From a virus (Duplodnaviria > Caudoviricetes), in IMG/VR virus record IMGVR_UViG_3300035660_000014, positions 1 to 54,305 of that record: a stretch of DNA of 54,305 bases, one strand, 5' to 3'. Positions 28,777-38,668 of this stretch are shown here, piece by piece (the stretch's first letter is position 1; every line of letters starts with the position of its first letter). The position numbers and the translations under genes were made by a program. The notes under the pieces were generated by a model, which worked only from the letters and a program-made list of their open reading frames with translations, was not told the DNA's origin and made no database searches.

Positions 28777-29041
28777 GACCGTACCTCTCGTCCACGTGAG
28801 TTTTGGGAACCACCCTGATAACCCACTCCACTGTTCCCACCCACAACGCGAACCTGTTCCAGAGCAGGTTCAACAGGTGGTCCACAACGGGGCACCCCAA
28901 CTGGGTTAGGTACAACCCCAACAGTTGGTAGTCCAACAGGTAACTGTCACCCCATGGAACCCTTGCCAACACAACGTCCTGACCTGGTTCTCTCGTCAGG
29001 ACAAGTTCCTCAGGGCGGGGTTCAGTTGGAGGAAGAATCAA
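28742..29041 (-). CDS. Hypothetical protein
   Basis: 99 aa, overlapping both neighbours in the operon. Confidence 0.5.
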   Translation of the reverse strand: MILPPTEPRPEELVLTREPGQDVVLARVPWGDSYLLDYQLLGLYLTQLGCPVVDHLLNLLWNRFALWVGTVEWVIRVVPKTHVDERYGHGEHVFTAAIG

Positions 29042-29418
29042 TATAACCCCGCTCCTTGGGGTCCCCGTGGGGGAAACTGCGACAACACCACGAGAACACC
29101 CTCCTCCACCCCAGGATTCACGGTAACCTGGAGGTACCTTCTGCGCGTTTCAAACAGGATCGCTTCCTGGCCGAGACCCGTTATCCTCTTCGTCAAGAGA
29201 CCCCCACTCGCAGTGTCACTGAACAACAGAACCGACCAAGTCACCCCATCGTCACTGTCTTGGAGGGAGAGGTCGATGGGGGTAGCGGAGAGGTTGTGTG
29301 CGTGCAAACTCATCCCACCGAAGTGGGTAACGGGGAGTTCGCCCCCGTCTACCACGTACAACCCTGTGGGTCCAACCACAAACCTCGACCTCTCAACTAC
29401 GACTTCGGGTTCGGACAT
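29038..29418 (-). CDS. Small beta-sandwich virion-type protein (paralogue of 42733..43083)
   Basis: NLSATPIDLSLQDSDDGVTW...RRYLQV. Confidence 0.55.
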   Translation of the reverse strand: MSEPEVVVERSRFVVGPTGLYVVDGGELPVTHFGGMSLHAHNLSATPIDLSLQDSDDGVTWSVLLFSDTASGGLLTKRITGLGQEAILFETRRRYLQVTVNPGVEEGVLVVLSQFPPRGPQGAGLY

Positions 29419-29959
29419 TGGGTCGCACCCTTCCTAGGGTACCCATCAGGTGTTGGATCACCCTCCGAGGGGGAACACCACGGAGTGCCTCAGTTATCGC
29501 CTCTTCCGCACGCGCACGAACCGTCTTCACACTCATCAAGACCTGCCCTTCGCCACAGAAAGGACAGGTCCTCCGGAACGTGTCCACCCACTCCCCCTTA
29601 CACACACCACACGTGAGGACCTTCGGGCGGGTTACGGGTACACGTCTGGTACTCTCACCACCACCCGCAACAGGTGCCGCACCAACAGGTTCCTCCTCGG
29701 GTGGGAGTTCCTCTTCAGGTGGTTCACCCCCTCCGGAGGGTTCCTCTTCAGGGGGAGGACCCTCATCAGGGGGTTCCGTGGGTGGTTCTTCCTCAGGAGA
29801 CACGTCCCCAGGAAGGCGCCGAAGTGTGGCTGTGAGAGTGAATTCCGCACCACAAACGGGGCACACCAGGAGAGCACCCTCAGTGAGGACCAACATGCGA
29901 ACCTTCGAGAGGTCCACCTGACGGTCGCACTCGGGACACTTTACCGTGTGTCTGCTCAC
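29393..29959 (-). CDS. Double Zn-ribbon protein with a Pro/Glu-rich linker
   Basis: CPEC/CPVC and CGVC/CPFC flanking EEPP repeats. Confidence 0.65.
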   Translation of the reverse strand: MSRHTVKCPECDRQVDLSKVRMLVLTEGALLVCPVCGAEFTLTATLRRLPGDVSPEEEPPTEPPDEGPPPEEEPSGGGEPPEEELPPEEEPVGAAPVAGGGESTRRVPVTRPKVLTCGVCKGEWVDTFRRTCPFCGEGQVLMSVKTVRARAEEAITEALRGVPPRRVIQHLMGTLGRVRPNVRTRSRS

Positions 29960-29960
29960 C

Positions 29961-30350
29961 TTACCCGCCTCTCGCCTTTGTGCTCACGTCCACGTTTCCT
30001 GAGAGGGTAACGTTGACGGAGACACCACCCTTCAGATGGGGTTCGTCCGTACTGGGTTTCGATTGGCGAACCTTGAGACACCACTTCGCACCCTCCTCGT
30101 CGGACTCGCTGAGAGAGACCTCCTTATCCGCTCCCATGAGGGAGGTCTTCAACTCGTCGAGGGTCTCCTTAGGTGCGCTCTCACTGAAGTACACAAACAC
30201 CTCGCCCGACCCGTAGTCCGCTTTGCTCCCGATATAGTAGTCACTCAACCTCAGGACACTCAACTTCCTGACCACGTCGTCGAGGACAAGTCCGGGAGGA
30301 ACTACAGTCGTGGGACCACTCGGAGCCTCAACCACTTGCACGTCCTCCAT
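29961..30350 (-). CDS. Hypothetical protein
   Basis: 129 aa ORF tightly packed in the operon. Confidence 0.55.
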   Translation of the reverse strand: MEDVQVVEAPSGPTTVVPPGLVLDDVVRKLSVLRLSDYYIGSKADYGSGEVFVYFSESAPKETLDELKTSLMGADKEVSLSESDEEGAKWCLKVRQSKPSTDEPHLKGGVSVNVTLSGNVDVSTKARGG

Positions 30351-30365
30351 GGGTGGTTCGATGGA

Positions 30366-30839
30366 TTATACTCCACCCTTTAGGTGGACCACTGGGTTTG
30401 TGATGCACTTGAGAAACAAGTCCGCGTCACGACGGGACGTGACGCCGAACAGGGAGACATCGCCAACAGGTGAGGGTGTGTAGACCGCGACGAACAACCG
30501 TCTAGGACAGGCAAGGTTCCTGTCGTACCGTGGGATGACACTTATGGTCAACCCTCCCCCATCCGCGTCCCTCACCGACTCCACAACCTGGTTGTACCTA
30601 CCCAGGTACTCACCCAACACCTTTCCGATGTGGGTGCAGAATGGGGTGTGGTTGGGGAGATAACCCAACTCGGAGAGGTACTCACCAACATTTGCCTCCT
30701 TAAGACCAGGCAGTTGACCTGCAACCATATTCACCCTTCTCTCAACCACCAACTGTGCGGTTGAGAGTGCACCGTCGGGGGAGAACCAGCAACTAAGACT
30801 GTCCCCGTTAACCCTGTACGCGTTGACTCTTCGCATCAC
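30366..30839 (-). CDS. Hypothetical protein
   Basis: 157 aa ORF overlapping the upstream stop codon. Confidence 0.55.
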   Translation of the reverse strand: MMRRVNAYRVNGDSLSCWFSPDGALSTAQLVVERRVNMVAGQLPGLKEANVGEYLSELGYLPNHTPFCTHIGKVLGEYLGRYNQVVESVRDADGGGLTISVIPRYDRNLACPRRLFVAVYTPSPVGDVSLFGVTSRRDADLFLKCITNPVVHLKGGV

Positions 30840-31660
30840 TCGAGTGGTTCCCTACCACGTAGGTTCCTGTAAAAGTTCCTCACCCTCTTCTCGACCGCCG
30901 GATCTTTGACCTCCGGACGGATCTTTGTGGGGTGGAATGCCACAACATCCTTCTCCGCGAACGAGAGAGGATCACCACCCAACCTCCACCTAAAGTGGAA
31001 CTTATCCGAGAGAGGAACCACCTCGAGACCACACACCCTCGTGTAGAGTGTTATAAGGTGGTCGTCTGCGATGGTGGTGAACACCTTCGGGGTAGACCAA
31101 GGTGGCGAGAACATTCCCCTCCTTTTCATCTCCGACAGACACGACTGAGTCAAGAGGAACCCACCACCCTGGACACCCTCACCAGGTTGGTACGTTCTCG
31201 GGATCCCTCCAACATATGCCGCAACCTTGTCTCTCTCAGTGGTGAAGATGGTCCGCCAGTGCAGGTTGTCAGCATTGTAGTAACCAACCAACCCGACCTC
31301 GGGAGAGACTACGTAGTCCAACACCTCGAGGTCAACCCCAGGTTTGATGAACAGCGTGTCGTAGTCGCAACTCATGAAGTGGCCAAAGGACATCCTCTCG
31401 GAGAACCACGTGATGGAACACAGAAGGAGTTCCATCAACCCCGCACCCCACCCACACCTATGAGGGGATAGGAACACAGATTCCTCACCAAGGAGACCAC
31501 TCACCACCTTCGCGAGTTTGGTGTTTCCTCCGTCAACCGCGCAGACTACCTTAGTGGTCCCCCTCCCCGTGAACTGCAGGATCGAATCCAGTGTGTCCAA
31601 CACGAGCGCGGGATACGCGTGACACCTAACACAGACCAACAAGTCGTAGTACCCGCTCAT
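30836..31660 (-). CDS. GT-A fold (GT2-like) glycosyltransferase
   Basis: LDTLDSI...VCAVDG; DxD motif SCDYD; QGGGFLLT. Confidence 0.7.
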   Translation of the reverse strand: MSGYYDLLVCVRCHAYPALVLDTLDSILQFTGRGTTKVVCAVDGGNTKLAKVVSGLLGEESVFLSPHRCGWGAGLMELLLCSITWFSERMSFGHFMSCDYDTLFIKPGVDLEVLDYVVSPEVGLVGYYNADNLHWRTIFTTERDKVAAYVGGIPRTYQPGEGVQGGGFLLTQSCLSEMKRRGMFSPPWSTPKVFTTIADDHLITLYTRVCGLEVVPLSDKFHFRWRLGGDPLSFAEKDVVAFHPTKIRPEVKDPAVEKRVRNFYRNLRGREPLE

Positions 31661-31668
31661 ACCACCCT

Positions 31669-32775
31669 CTATCCGCGCTCACTACCCAGGTTGGATTCGT
31701 AAAGGGTGCGAGCAATCCGTTGGGCAGCCTTCCCATCCCACAACTCGGGGATCCGACCAACGCGCCACCCCCCTTGGAGAATAGCGTCATGCGCGGTCAT
31801 GATCGCCCTTGGGTCACAACCCACAAGTTGGTTAGTACCCACCTCGACGGTAATCGGTCGCTCAGTGTTGGTACGTAGTGTTGCACAAGGTACACCCAAA
31901 ATGGTCGTCTCTTCTTGGACGCCCCCGGAGTCGGTGAACACCCCAAGGCTATGGGCCATCAGTTTGAGGAAGTCCAGATACCCGAGTGGGTCGATAAGTT
32001 GCACACCAACCAACTGGCGTGAGAGACCGAACCGCGCCAGATTTATGCGTGTCCGTGGGTGGATGGGGAAGACCACGGGTGTCCTCTCCGCGATCTGCCC
32101 AAAAGTGGTGAGGAGTTTCGAAAGCACCTGAGGATTGTCCACGTTAGATGGTCGGTGCAACGTTACCAAAATGTAGGCGCGATCTGTAACCCCCAGTCGG
32201 TCGAGGATACAGCTAGATTCCGCCCGTTCACGACACCGCAAGAGTGTGTCAACCATGACGTTGCCGACAAAGAAGATCCTCTCGTCCGCGACACCCTCGA
32301 CCCGAAGGTTCCTCCGGCCACTCGGTTCGCTAACGAACAAAAAGTCACTAAGAACGTCAGTAAGTAGGCGGTTGATCTCCTCAGGCATCGACCGATCAAA
32401 GCTACGCAGACCCGCCTCCACGTGAATCACCTTAACGCCCACCCTAGCTGCTGTTAAAGCACCAGCAACGGTGCTGTTAACGTCCCCAACCACAAGCACA
32501 GCTTGAGGGCACAGTTTAAGGATTACTGGCTCCAACAGTTTCATGATCTCCGCCGTCTGCGATGTGCACGACCCAGCACTTACCCCTAAGTTGATGTCTG
32601 GTTGTGGGATACCCAGTTCGTCGAAGAACAACCCGCTCATGTTGTGGTTGAGGTGTTGCCCGGTGTGAACCAGGATAGCCTCGATCTCCGGGAACTCCTT
32701 GTAGGCCGCCATAAGGGGTGCGACCTTCATGAAGTTCGGGCGTACACCGCAAATGTTGATGATCCGGATCGTCAC
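31669..32775 (-). CDS. wecB: UDP-N-acetylglucosamine 2-epimerase (non-hydrolysing)
   Basis: GVRPNFMKVAP, HTGQH, GDVNST, HVEAGLRSFDRSMPEEINR, TDSGGVQEET, TERPIT; GTG at 32775 after AGGAG. Confidence 0.95.
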   Translation of the reverse strand: MTIRIINICGVRPNFMKVAPLMAAYKEFPEIEAILVHTGQHLNHNMSGLFFDELGIPQPDINLGVSAGSCTSQTAEIMKLLEPVILKLCPQAVLVVGDVNSTVAGALTAARVGVKVIHVEAGLRSFDRSMPEEINRLLTDVLSDFLFVSEPSGRRNLRVEGVADERIFFVGNVMVDTLLRCRERAESSCILDRLGVTDRAYILVTLHRPSNVDNPQVLSKLLTTFGQIAERTPVVFPIHPRTRINLARFGLSRQLVGVQLIDPLGYLDFLKLMAHSLGVFTDSGGVQEETTILGVPCATLRTNTERPITVEVGTNQLVGCDPRAIMTAHDAILQGGWRVGRIPELWDGKAAQRIARTLYESNLGSERG

Positions 32776-32801
32776 ATACTCTCCTAACCGAGGGTGTGTG
32801 G

Positions 32802-33581
32802 TCACCTCCAAAATTCTGTCGTCAACCACTCACCAGGCAACAACAGGTCCTTACGCACGCCCTCAGCCAGAGCAGCATTGGTTACCCCAACCTTTCTCCT
32901 GTCCTCGCAAATAGCCGATATTACGTCGTCCAGTGTGGACCAGGGAACCGCGTTGGCCAACCATCCGTTCCAAACACAGCGCCGTCCCATCAAGCCCAGT
33001 TCGACGACGGTGTTCGAGAGACCGTCGTGTGCAGTAAGACGCAATCCAATAAAGCACTGGGCATAAACTCCAGGCATCTGGTCCGGTTTCACGGAGTGCG
33101 GGGGTGACGAGTAACGGATCATGAACCGGATATCTGGTAAGCGTTTGACCGCCTGCCACACCACACCCATACCGTAACCAGTTGGCGCATCGTGGTTGCT
33201 GTACACGTAAACGAACGGTCCGAGGGGTACAGGCACAAAACCGGTAGGGTTGGAGGGGTAGACGGGTAGGTAGCGAAACCGAGCACCAACCCGCTCCAGG
33301 TCTTCGACAATGGAACGGGATATGGCTAGGTGACGAACGTGTGGAGCCTCGAGAACCCGTTTGTTGCCCGCAAGACCGAGCTTCTTGGCATCCGAACCCC
33401 CCCAGATGAGGACGGCCAACATATTGTTCCTGAGGATGGCACTACGGTCGGCGTTTGTGTAGCAACCGAAGAACACAGCGGGTTGCCCGTGGTCGTGGTA
33501 GTCAACGAGACCGTACTTCACCAGGAAACGTCGCCGGAAGAACCGAATGCTATCCGACACCCTAGCTTGGAGAATCCTCAC
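32802..33581 (-). CDS. Putative GT-B-like glycosyltransferase
   Basis: MPGVYAQCFIGLRLTAHDGLSNTVVELGLMG resembles the GT4 E-x7-E region; lies within the sugar cluster. Confidence 0.6.
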   Translation of the reverse strand: MRILQARVSDSIRFFRRRFLVKYGLVDYHDHGQPAVFFGCYTNADRSAILRNNMLAVLIWGGSDAKKLGLAGNKRVLEAPHVRHLAISRSIVEDLERVGARFRYLPVYPSNPTGFVPVPLGPFVYVYSNHDAPTGYGMGVVWQAVKRLPDIRFMIRYSSPPHSVKPDQMPGVYAQCFIGLRLTAHDGLSNTVVELGLMGRRCVWNGWLANAVPWSTLDDVISAICEDRRKVGVTNAALAEGVRKDLLLPGEWLTTEFWR

Positions 33582-34645
33582 TTAACTCCCTTCCCGTGTG
33601 CAAACAGCAACCCCTCAAACAGCGGTTTCATACGACGTGCTGAATTCTCGACCGAAAACCTCTGAGCCTGCACCGCGACTTGTGCTGACAGTCGACCACG
33701 CAGTGGGTTGTCCAACATGACGCGGACCAGCGTCTGGTAAAGCACAGGCAGGTCAAATGAGACACGCCTTCCGGTGTGGAATGGGGGGACCATCAACGGG
33801 TAGTCCTCACCCAACAATTCCATACGCGCGCGAGAACGCGCACACAGGATAGGAACACCACACGCTGAGGCTTCGAGTGCCCGGTTACTCCCCACCACGT
33901 CAAACTCAGGCCCTCGGTTACACAACAGAACCAAGTCGCAGGCGGAGATGGCGAATGGGATGTCCCCATGAGAGTAACTCGTGACCACTGTGTTCGGGGT
34001 CGAACCGGGTAACATCAGTCTCCGCTGCTTGTTCCCGGTTGCCACAAGATACCTCAACCCGGGAAACTCACGAACCAGATTCGGCAGTAGTCGCAGGAAC
34101 GCGTCCGGGTAACTCGAGGCGCACAAACGCCCGAAGTGCCCCACAACAAAGTTACCACCCACCGTTCTACGGATCAACCGCGTTCGGGGGTGGTTTTGGA
34201 GGGGGCGGAAACCGTCGTAGACAACCTGATAGAACACCACGGTGTTGGGTCGGGGTCGTCTCTCCTCAGGAAGCCAGTAGAACGTCGCACCCGCTTTCAG
34301 GTCGTCAGCCCATGCCTGCGACTGCACCACAAGATAGTCCGCACTGTTGTAGCAGTCGTACGGACCGTCGGCTACCCAGAGTCTCAACTTGTCCTTCGGG
34401 ATACGGCGGAAGACACCCGGACTCGACCTAACGTAATACAAGTCACAGTCCAACGGGACGTGATCCTCGACGGGTCCCGGGTACTCGACCAAACCGAAGT
34501 CGGACCTCGACTGGTCGAACCTGGTCCCTGAGTAATACACCTCGGCAAACCTACTGACTGCAAGCATCAACCCAACCTCGGTCACGTAGTCACCCTTAGT
34601 TGGGAGAAGTGTCTTGTGATCAGCGTACTGCCAGTAAACTTTCAC
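33578..34645 (-). CDS. GT4-like glycosyltransferase
   Basis: VVGHFGRL, AISACDLVL, SNRALEASACGVPIL. Confidence 0.75.
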   Translation of the reverse strand: MKVYWQYADHKTLLPTKGDYVTEVGLMLAVSRFAEVYYSGTRFDQSRSDFGLVEYPGPVEDHVPLDCDLYYVRSSPGVFRRIPKDKLRLWVADGPYDCYNSADYLVVQSQAWADDLKAGATFYWLPEERRPRPNTVVFYQVVYDGFRPLQNHPRTRLIRRTVGGNFVVGHFGRLCASSYPDAFLRLLPNLVREFPGLRYLVATGNKQRRLMLPGSTPNTVVTSYSHGDIPFAISACDLVLLCNRGPEFDVVGSNRALEASACGVPILCARSRARMELLGEDYPLMVPPFHTGRRVSFDLPVLYQTLVRVMLDNPLRGRLSAQVAVQAQRFSVENSARRMKPLFEGLLFAHGKGVK

Positions 34646-34665
34646 ACCAACCTCACATCAAACAC

Positions 34666-35289
34666 TTACCGCTGGACCCTTAGGCAACTCAACAACCAGA
34701 TCACCTTGGAACGTACTTTACGACCGAGAAAGTGCTCTGAAATCCGTCGAATCCGGACGAGTGGCTGGTAGCGATCGATCACCGCTTGTTGGGACTCAAA
34801 GTACCTAACGTGTGAAGCGCAGGGGAAGCACGGCACGGACAGAATCACACGCTTACCGACAGGAACAGAAGCCAGGACCGACAAGTCACCAAGGATGTGC
34901 TCCAGTGTTTCCAAAAGAACAGCCACGTCGTACTCCGCATATGCGAAGACCAGAGGGTCACACAGGTTCCCAACCCGGAAGGCAGTGTCGTACCCAGGGT
35001 TCCTGTTACGCGACCAGTTGATCGCCTCACCACTAAAGTCGACACCGAGCACGTACTTTCGACCAGCGGCAATGGCCATATGCGCGAATTGACCCGACCC
35101 GCACCCAAAATCCGCGATCCGTTCTTGTGGGCGGATCCAGTCCACCGCAGTTCTCCAAATCTCCGCGTAGGGGGTCTGCTCAGGTGCAAGCGAGTATGTT
35201 GAGTGGGGATCCTTCCGATCCTTCCTGTAGAACTTATCATACTCCTTCCCGGTGAACTCACGTCCTGCACTGTTCACAATCACTGTCAC
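34666..35289 (-). CDS. Class I SAM-dependent methyltransferase
   Basis: IADFGCGSG, GVDFS, ETLEHI. Confidence 0.85.
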   Translation of the reverse strand: MTVIVNSAGREFTGKEYDKFYRKDRKDPHSTYSLAPEQTPYAEIWRTAVDWIRPQERIADFGCGSGQFAHMAIAAGRKYVLGVDFSGEAINWSRNRNPGYDTAFRVGNLCDPLVFAYAEYDVAVLLETLEHILGDLSVLASVPVGKRVILSVPCFPCASHVRYFESQQAVIDRYQPLVRIRRISEHFLGRKVRSKVIWLLSCLRVQR

Positions 35290-35984
35290 CTCCGGTGGCT
35301 AGCTAGCATAGCAGCCCGATCCTTTGCGTCAACCGCTAGCAACTGAGGGTCCTTCTTTTTGCTCACATGCCTCGACGTACCGTCGTACCGGTAAATCCAC
35401 TCGGGTTTCGGGTTGTAGACGAAACAGTGGGGTTCCGCCTCACCGACGCGGAGCCAGAGGTCGTAGCTACAAAAGTTACCCCACTGTAAACGATAGGGAC
35501 CGTACTTCTCCCAGACACGCCTGTGCATCATCGAGTCGTCCGTCACGAAGTTCCCTTGGAGGTGCCGCTTGTAGTCGTAAGGCCAACTCACTTCGGTCCG
35601 ATACACCACCAGGTTCTCGTTAGCAGCGTAAAACGCGGAGTAACACACACCCTGACCTCTAGTACAGAGGGTCGCCTCATCCAAGCACTTGGTTGGTAGG
35701 AGGCAATCGTTACCCGAGGTGATCGTCATGTAGTCGCCGCGTGCAACGGCAAGACCAGCATTCAGTTGGCGAAACGCTTGGTGGGCACAAGGAGGTTCGG
35801 GATCCTGGTCTACCACCAACCGAGCACCACACTTCTGGGTCGAAGGAATCGACGGGTCATCCTTCACTGTGGACACAATGAGGTCCAACTCGACTCCCAC
35901 CTGAACCAGACAGGCGTTCAGCGCTGTATGAAACCAATCCGCGCGGTCGTTCCGAGTGAGTAACACCAAAGAAACCCGCATCAA
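35286..35984 (-). CDS. GT2-family glycosyltransferase
   Basis: LNAGLAVARGDY, SGNDCLLP, YDLWLR, YRY. Confidence 0.75.
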   Translation of the reverse strand: MMRVSLVLLTRNDRADWFHTALNACLVQVGVELDLIVSTVKDDPSIPSTQKCGARLVVDQDPEPPCAHQAFRQLNAGLAVARGDYMTITSGNDCLLPTKCLDEATLCTRGQGVCYSAFYAANENLVVYRTEVSWPYDYKRHLQGNFVTDDSMMHRRVWEKYGPYRLQWGNFCSYDLWLRVGEAEPHCFVYNPKPEWIYRYDGTSRHVSKKKDPQLLAVDAKDRAAMLASHRR

Positions 35985-35990
35985 AGTAGT

Positions 35991-36719
35991 CTACTCCTTC
36001 ACCGCGTAACAGAGGGACGGGTCGCTAGGGAACCTTCGGATACGGAGTTTGCCAATCCCGAGCACCTCGTCCACAGCCAACGTCTCACCCGGCCAGTAGG
36101 GGTGGTTAATGTTATCGAACACCAGAACACCACCCAGTGGCATCCTCGGGACAAAGCACTGCAGAGCCACACGTGTGGGTTCGTACAGGTCGAAGTCCAA
36201 GTAGAGCAAAGCCACGACGAAGTGTGGGTTGTTTGGAACGAACATGGGGATCAGTTTCGTAGCGTCACCACGAATCAACCTGACCTTGGGCATGTGACCG
36301 AGAAACCTATCCTTGTCGAAAGCAGTAACCAACGCGGTCAACTCGTCGTAGGAGTTCGAACACACCTGACCCGGTTGGACCAACTCGGGTCTCGTCCCGA
36401 CGTCCTGGGGTTGGGTACTGGGGAAACCCTCGAAGGTGTCAAAACCGACCACCTGACGACGCCAGTTAGTGGGTTCGAGGATAGCACTCAGCTTTGCCCA
36501 AGCCATAAGTCCACCACCACGGAACACCCCACACTCCACGATCGACCCCTCAACGGGGAGCACCATCCTCATCAACTCGTAGTACGACAGGAACCGTGCC
36601 AGGCTCTGACGAGTGACGTATTTGGGGAAGACTCGTAACTTGTCCGCAACGGCGTCTTGACAAGCGGTGAACAGTGCGACCGTGAGTTCCTCGGAATCCT
36701 TCTCTACTTGAGTCCTCAT
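35991..36719 (-). CDS. TylF/MycF/NovP-family sugar O-methyltransferase
   Basis: GSIVECGVFRGG, GFDTFEGFP, LYLDFDLYEPT, GGVLVFD, WPGET; ATG at 36719 after GGAGG. Confidence 0.88.
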   Translation of the reverse strand: MRTQVEKDSEELTVALFTACQDAVADKLRVFPKYVTRQSLARFLSYYELMRMVLPVEGSIVECGVFRGGGLMAWAKLSAILEPTNWRRQVVGFDTFEGFPSTQPQDVGTRPELVQPGQVCSNSYDELTALVTAFDKDRFLGHMPKVRLIRGDATKLIPMFVPNNPHFVVALLYLDFDLYEPTRVALQCFVPRMPLGGVLVFDNINHPYWPGETLAVDEVLGIGKLRIRRFPSDPSLCYAVKE

Positions 36720-36720
36720 C

Positions 36721-37407
36721 TCAACCTCCCATGAGGATGGAGCGACCCTCATTCTGTCCGTGGTTGAACAGCAGGTCGACGATAGACAACCCGGGGATGA
36801 ACGGGTCGCTGAGTTGCTTGTAGGTGGGGTGGGTGAACTCCTGCCACTCCACCTTCACACCAGCGGTCTCGAACACCTCAGGTTGGACGTAGCGTGCGGA
36901 TCCCTTACCACGCCCGCTTAGGTATGTTGTCGCACCCAGAATCCTACACAACCGCACAATCCTTTGAGTGCCACCCTCACCGGATCCACACCCGAGTGCG
37001 GAACTGCGGACCAACTTCGGACCCCCCAGCAAAGAGACCACCCACTCGATCAACGACGTGTTCAACACGACCAGGTTCTTCTCCCTTCGCAGAAACAAAC
37101 CCTCTAGGTGTGGCCACAAGTGGGTGAAGAAGGGTGCTTTGGCGTAGGCGTTACGGACGGTGCGGAGCAACTTCGCGGTGTTCACCCCCACAATGGTCAC
37201 CTCGTTGAACAAACACCCACAGTGGTGGGAAAGCGGCAATGTCAACATACAAGTACCACTCGGGACCCGGAGGAGAGCGTGGTTCTCGTACTTTGGGCTG
37301 TTGGTAAACACAATGTCGTCCAACAACACAAACACGTCCACGTGGAGTGCCTTGTGGAAGAACCCCAACCACGGGAGAAAGTTCGGTTGGTGGATGGCAA
37401 CTCTCAC
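36721..37407 (-). CDS. wbqC: WbqC-family protein
   Basis: VAIHQPNFLPWLGFFHK, YLSG, HPTYKQ...FIPGLSIVDLLFNHG. Confidence 0.9.
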   Translation of the reverse strand: MRVAIHQPNFLPWLGFFHKALHVDVFVLLDDIVFTNSPKYENHALLRVPSGTCMLTLPLSHHCGCLFNEVTIVGVNTAKLLRTVRNAYAKAPFFTHLWPHLEGLFLRREKNLVVLNTSLIEWVVSLLGGPKLVRSSALGCGSGEGGTQRIVRLCRILGATTYLSGRGKGSARYVQPEVFETAGVKVEWQEFTHPTYKQLSDPFIPGLSIVDLLFNHGQNEGRSILMGG

Positions 37408-38060
37408 GCGAGTGGTTCCTTGTAGATATACAGAGTAAAGTCGTTACCCCTGTAGTCGTGCCTCAACGAGACGTTCGGACTCAACACGTGGTGAACCCAC
37501 TGCAAGGTGGTTAGTGGGGAGTGGTACCAGGACTCGGTGTCTCGCTTGAAGGGTGTCCACTCACTAAGGAAGTTGACCGACACACCCAAACGGCAAGCGC
37601 TGAACATCTCACGTAGTGTTTGTTCCATCCACCGCTGCCCGTTGGGGGTCCTCAGGTTGAAGATACCGGATGCCACAACGTAGTCAAACTCTCGATCGAA
37701 CGGTTGCTGGCAAAGGTCTCGAACACAGAAGTCGGCAGGTGGGGGAAAGTGAGATTGCGCCAACCGCACAAGTCCCTCGTGGATGTCGATACCGAGGTAG
37801 CGCTTCGGTCGCAGGTTCAACATGCACAAAAACCTGTACAGAGCACCATCACCACAACCCACATCCAGGATCGATGTCCGACACGATACCTCACCAACAC
37901 CGCACAACACTCTAAAACGAACCTGCTGGGACTCAACATTGTGCCAACCGACCAGTCCGGGTCCGGGTGCCGCCTCGGCGAGCAACTTGTCGTAACAGGA
38001 CAGGACAATCTTACGGTCCATGTCGAACGTGTGTCCACCCGTCACTGTTAGATGATCCAC
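37404..38060 (-). CDS. Class I SAM-dependent methyltransferase
   Basis: GW...SQ..RF, ILDVGCGDG, YLGIDI, FDYVVASGIFN, HDY...DFTLY. Confidence 0.85.
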   Translation of the reverse strand: MDHLTVTGGHTFDMDRKIVLSCYDKLLAEAAPGPGLVGWHNVESQQVRFRVLCGVGEVSCRTSILDVGCGDGALYRFLCMLNLRPKRYLGIDIHEGLVRLAQSHFPPPADFCVRDLCQQPFDREFDYVVASGIFNLRTPNGQRWMEQTLREMFSACRLGVSVNFLSEWTPFKRDTESWYHSPLTTLQWVHHVLSPNVSLRHDYRGNDFTLYIYKEPLA

Positions 38061-38668
38061 CGTAGCACCTCGAACGCCTCAGCGTAACCCGCTCCAATTT
38101 GCACCCCACGAACCCTGGCGAGACCCCTCAGAAAGTCCTCTGTGGTGTAAAGGTGGTCAGCCTGACTACGGTAGGCATGTATGGCCTCAACTTTCCGCCC
38201 AACGTCTTCAGGTGACAGTCGAACGAAGAAGGAAGCCTTGAAGGTCAGGTTGTTCCACGGTAGTTCATACCCCACCAAGGTCGTCCGTTTGAAGGCACGA
38301 AAACCCTCATGGGAGACGACCTGGTGGTCCTGGTGGGTGTCGTCGGTGCTCGGGATGAAAACCATGTCGGGTTGGAGCGACCCCTGGAGAGCGACCAGTA
38401 CCTCTAGGATCGCTTGCCGAAAGGATGGGAAGTTCCGTACTGGGAAGTCCTTCACTTGTACACACCCCACCTGGACACCCAGGATGCGAGTCGCTTGAAT
38501 CACCTCATCCCGAAGGGTGTTGGGAGACCACTGTGCGGATAAACTGGTCTCAGCAGCGGAGAGTGCAACATAGTGGACGTTGTGACCCTCGCGGATCAAT
38601 CGGTGCACCGTCCCACCACAACCGAATTCACCATCATCCGTGTGTGGCGCTAGAATCAGGACGCGCAT
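38048..38668 (-). CDS. PIG-L/LmbE-family N-deacetylase
   Basis: LAPHTDDGEFGCGG, DTHQDH, YRSQ, AEAF. Confidence 0.92.
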   Translation of the reverse strand: MRVLILAPHTDDGEFGCGGTVHRLIREGHNVHYVALSAAETSLSAQWSPNTLRDEVIQATRILGVQVGCVQVKDFPVRNFPSFRQAILEVLVALQGSLQPDMVFIPSTDDTHQDHQVVSHEGFRAFKRTTLVGYELPWNNLTFKASFFVRLSPEDVGRKVEAIHAYRSQADHLYTTEDFLRGLARVRGVQIGAGYAEAFEVLRWII

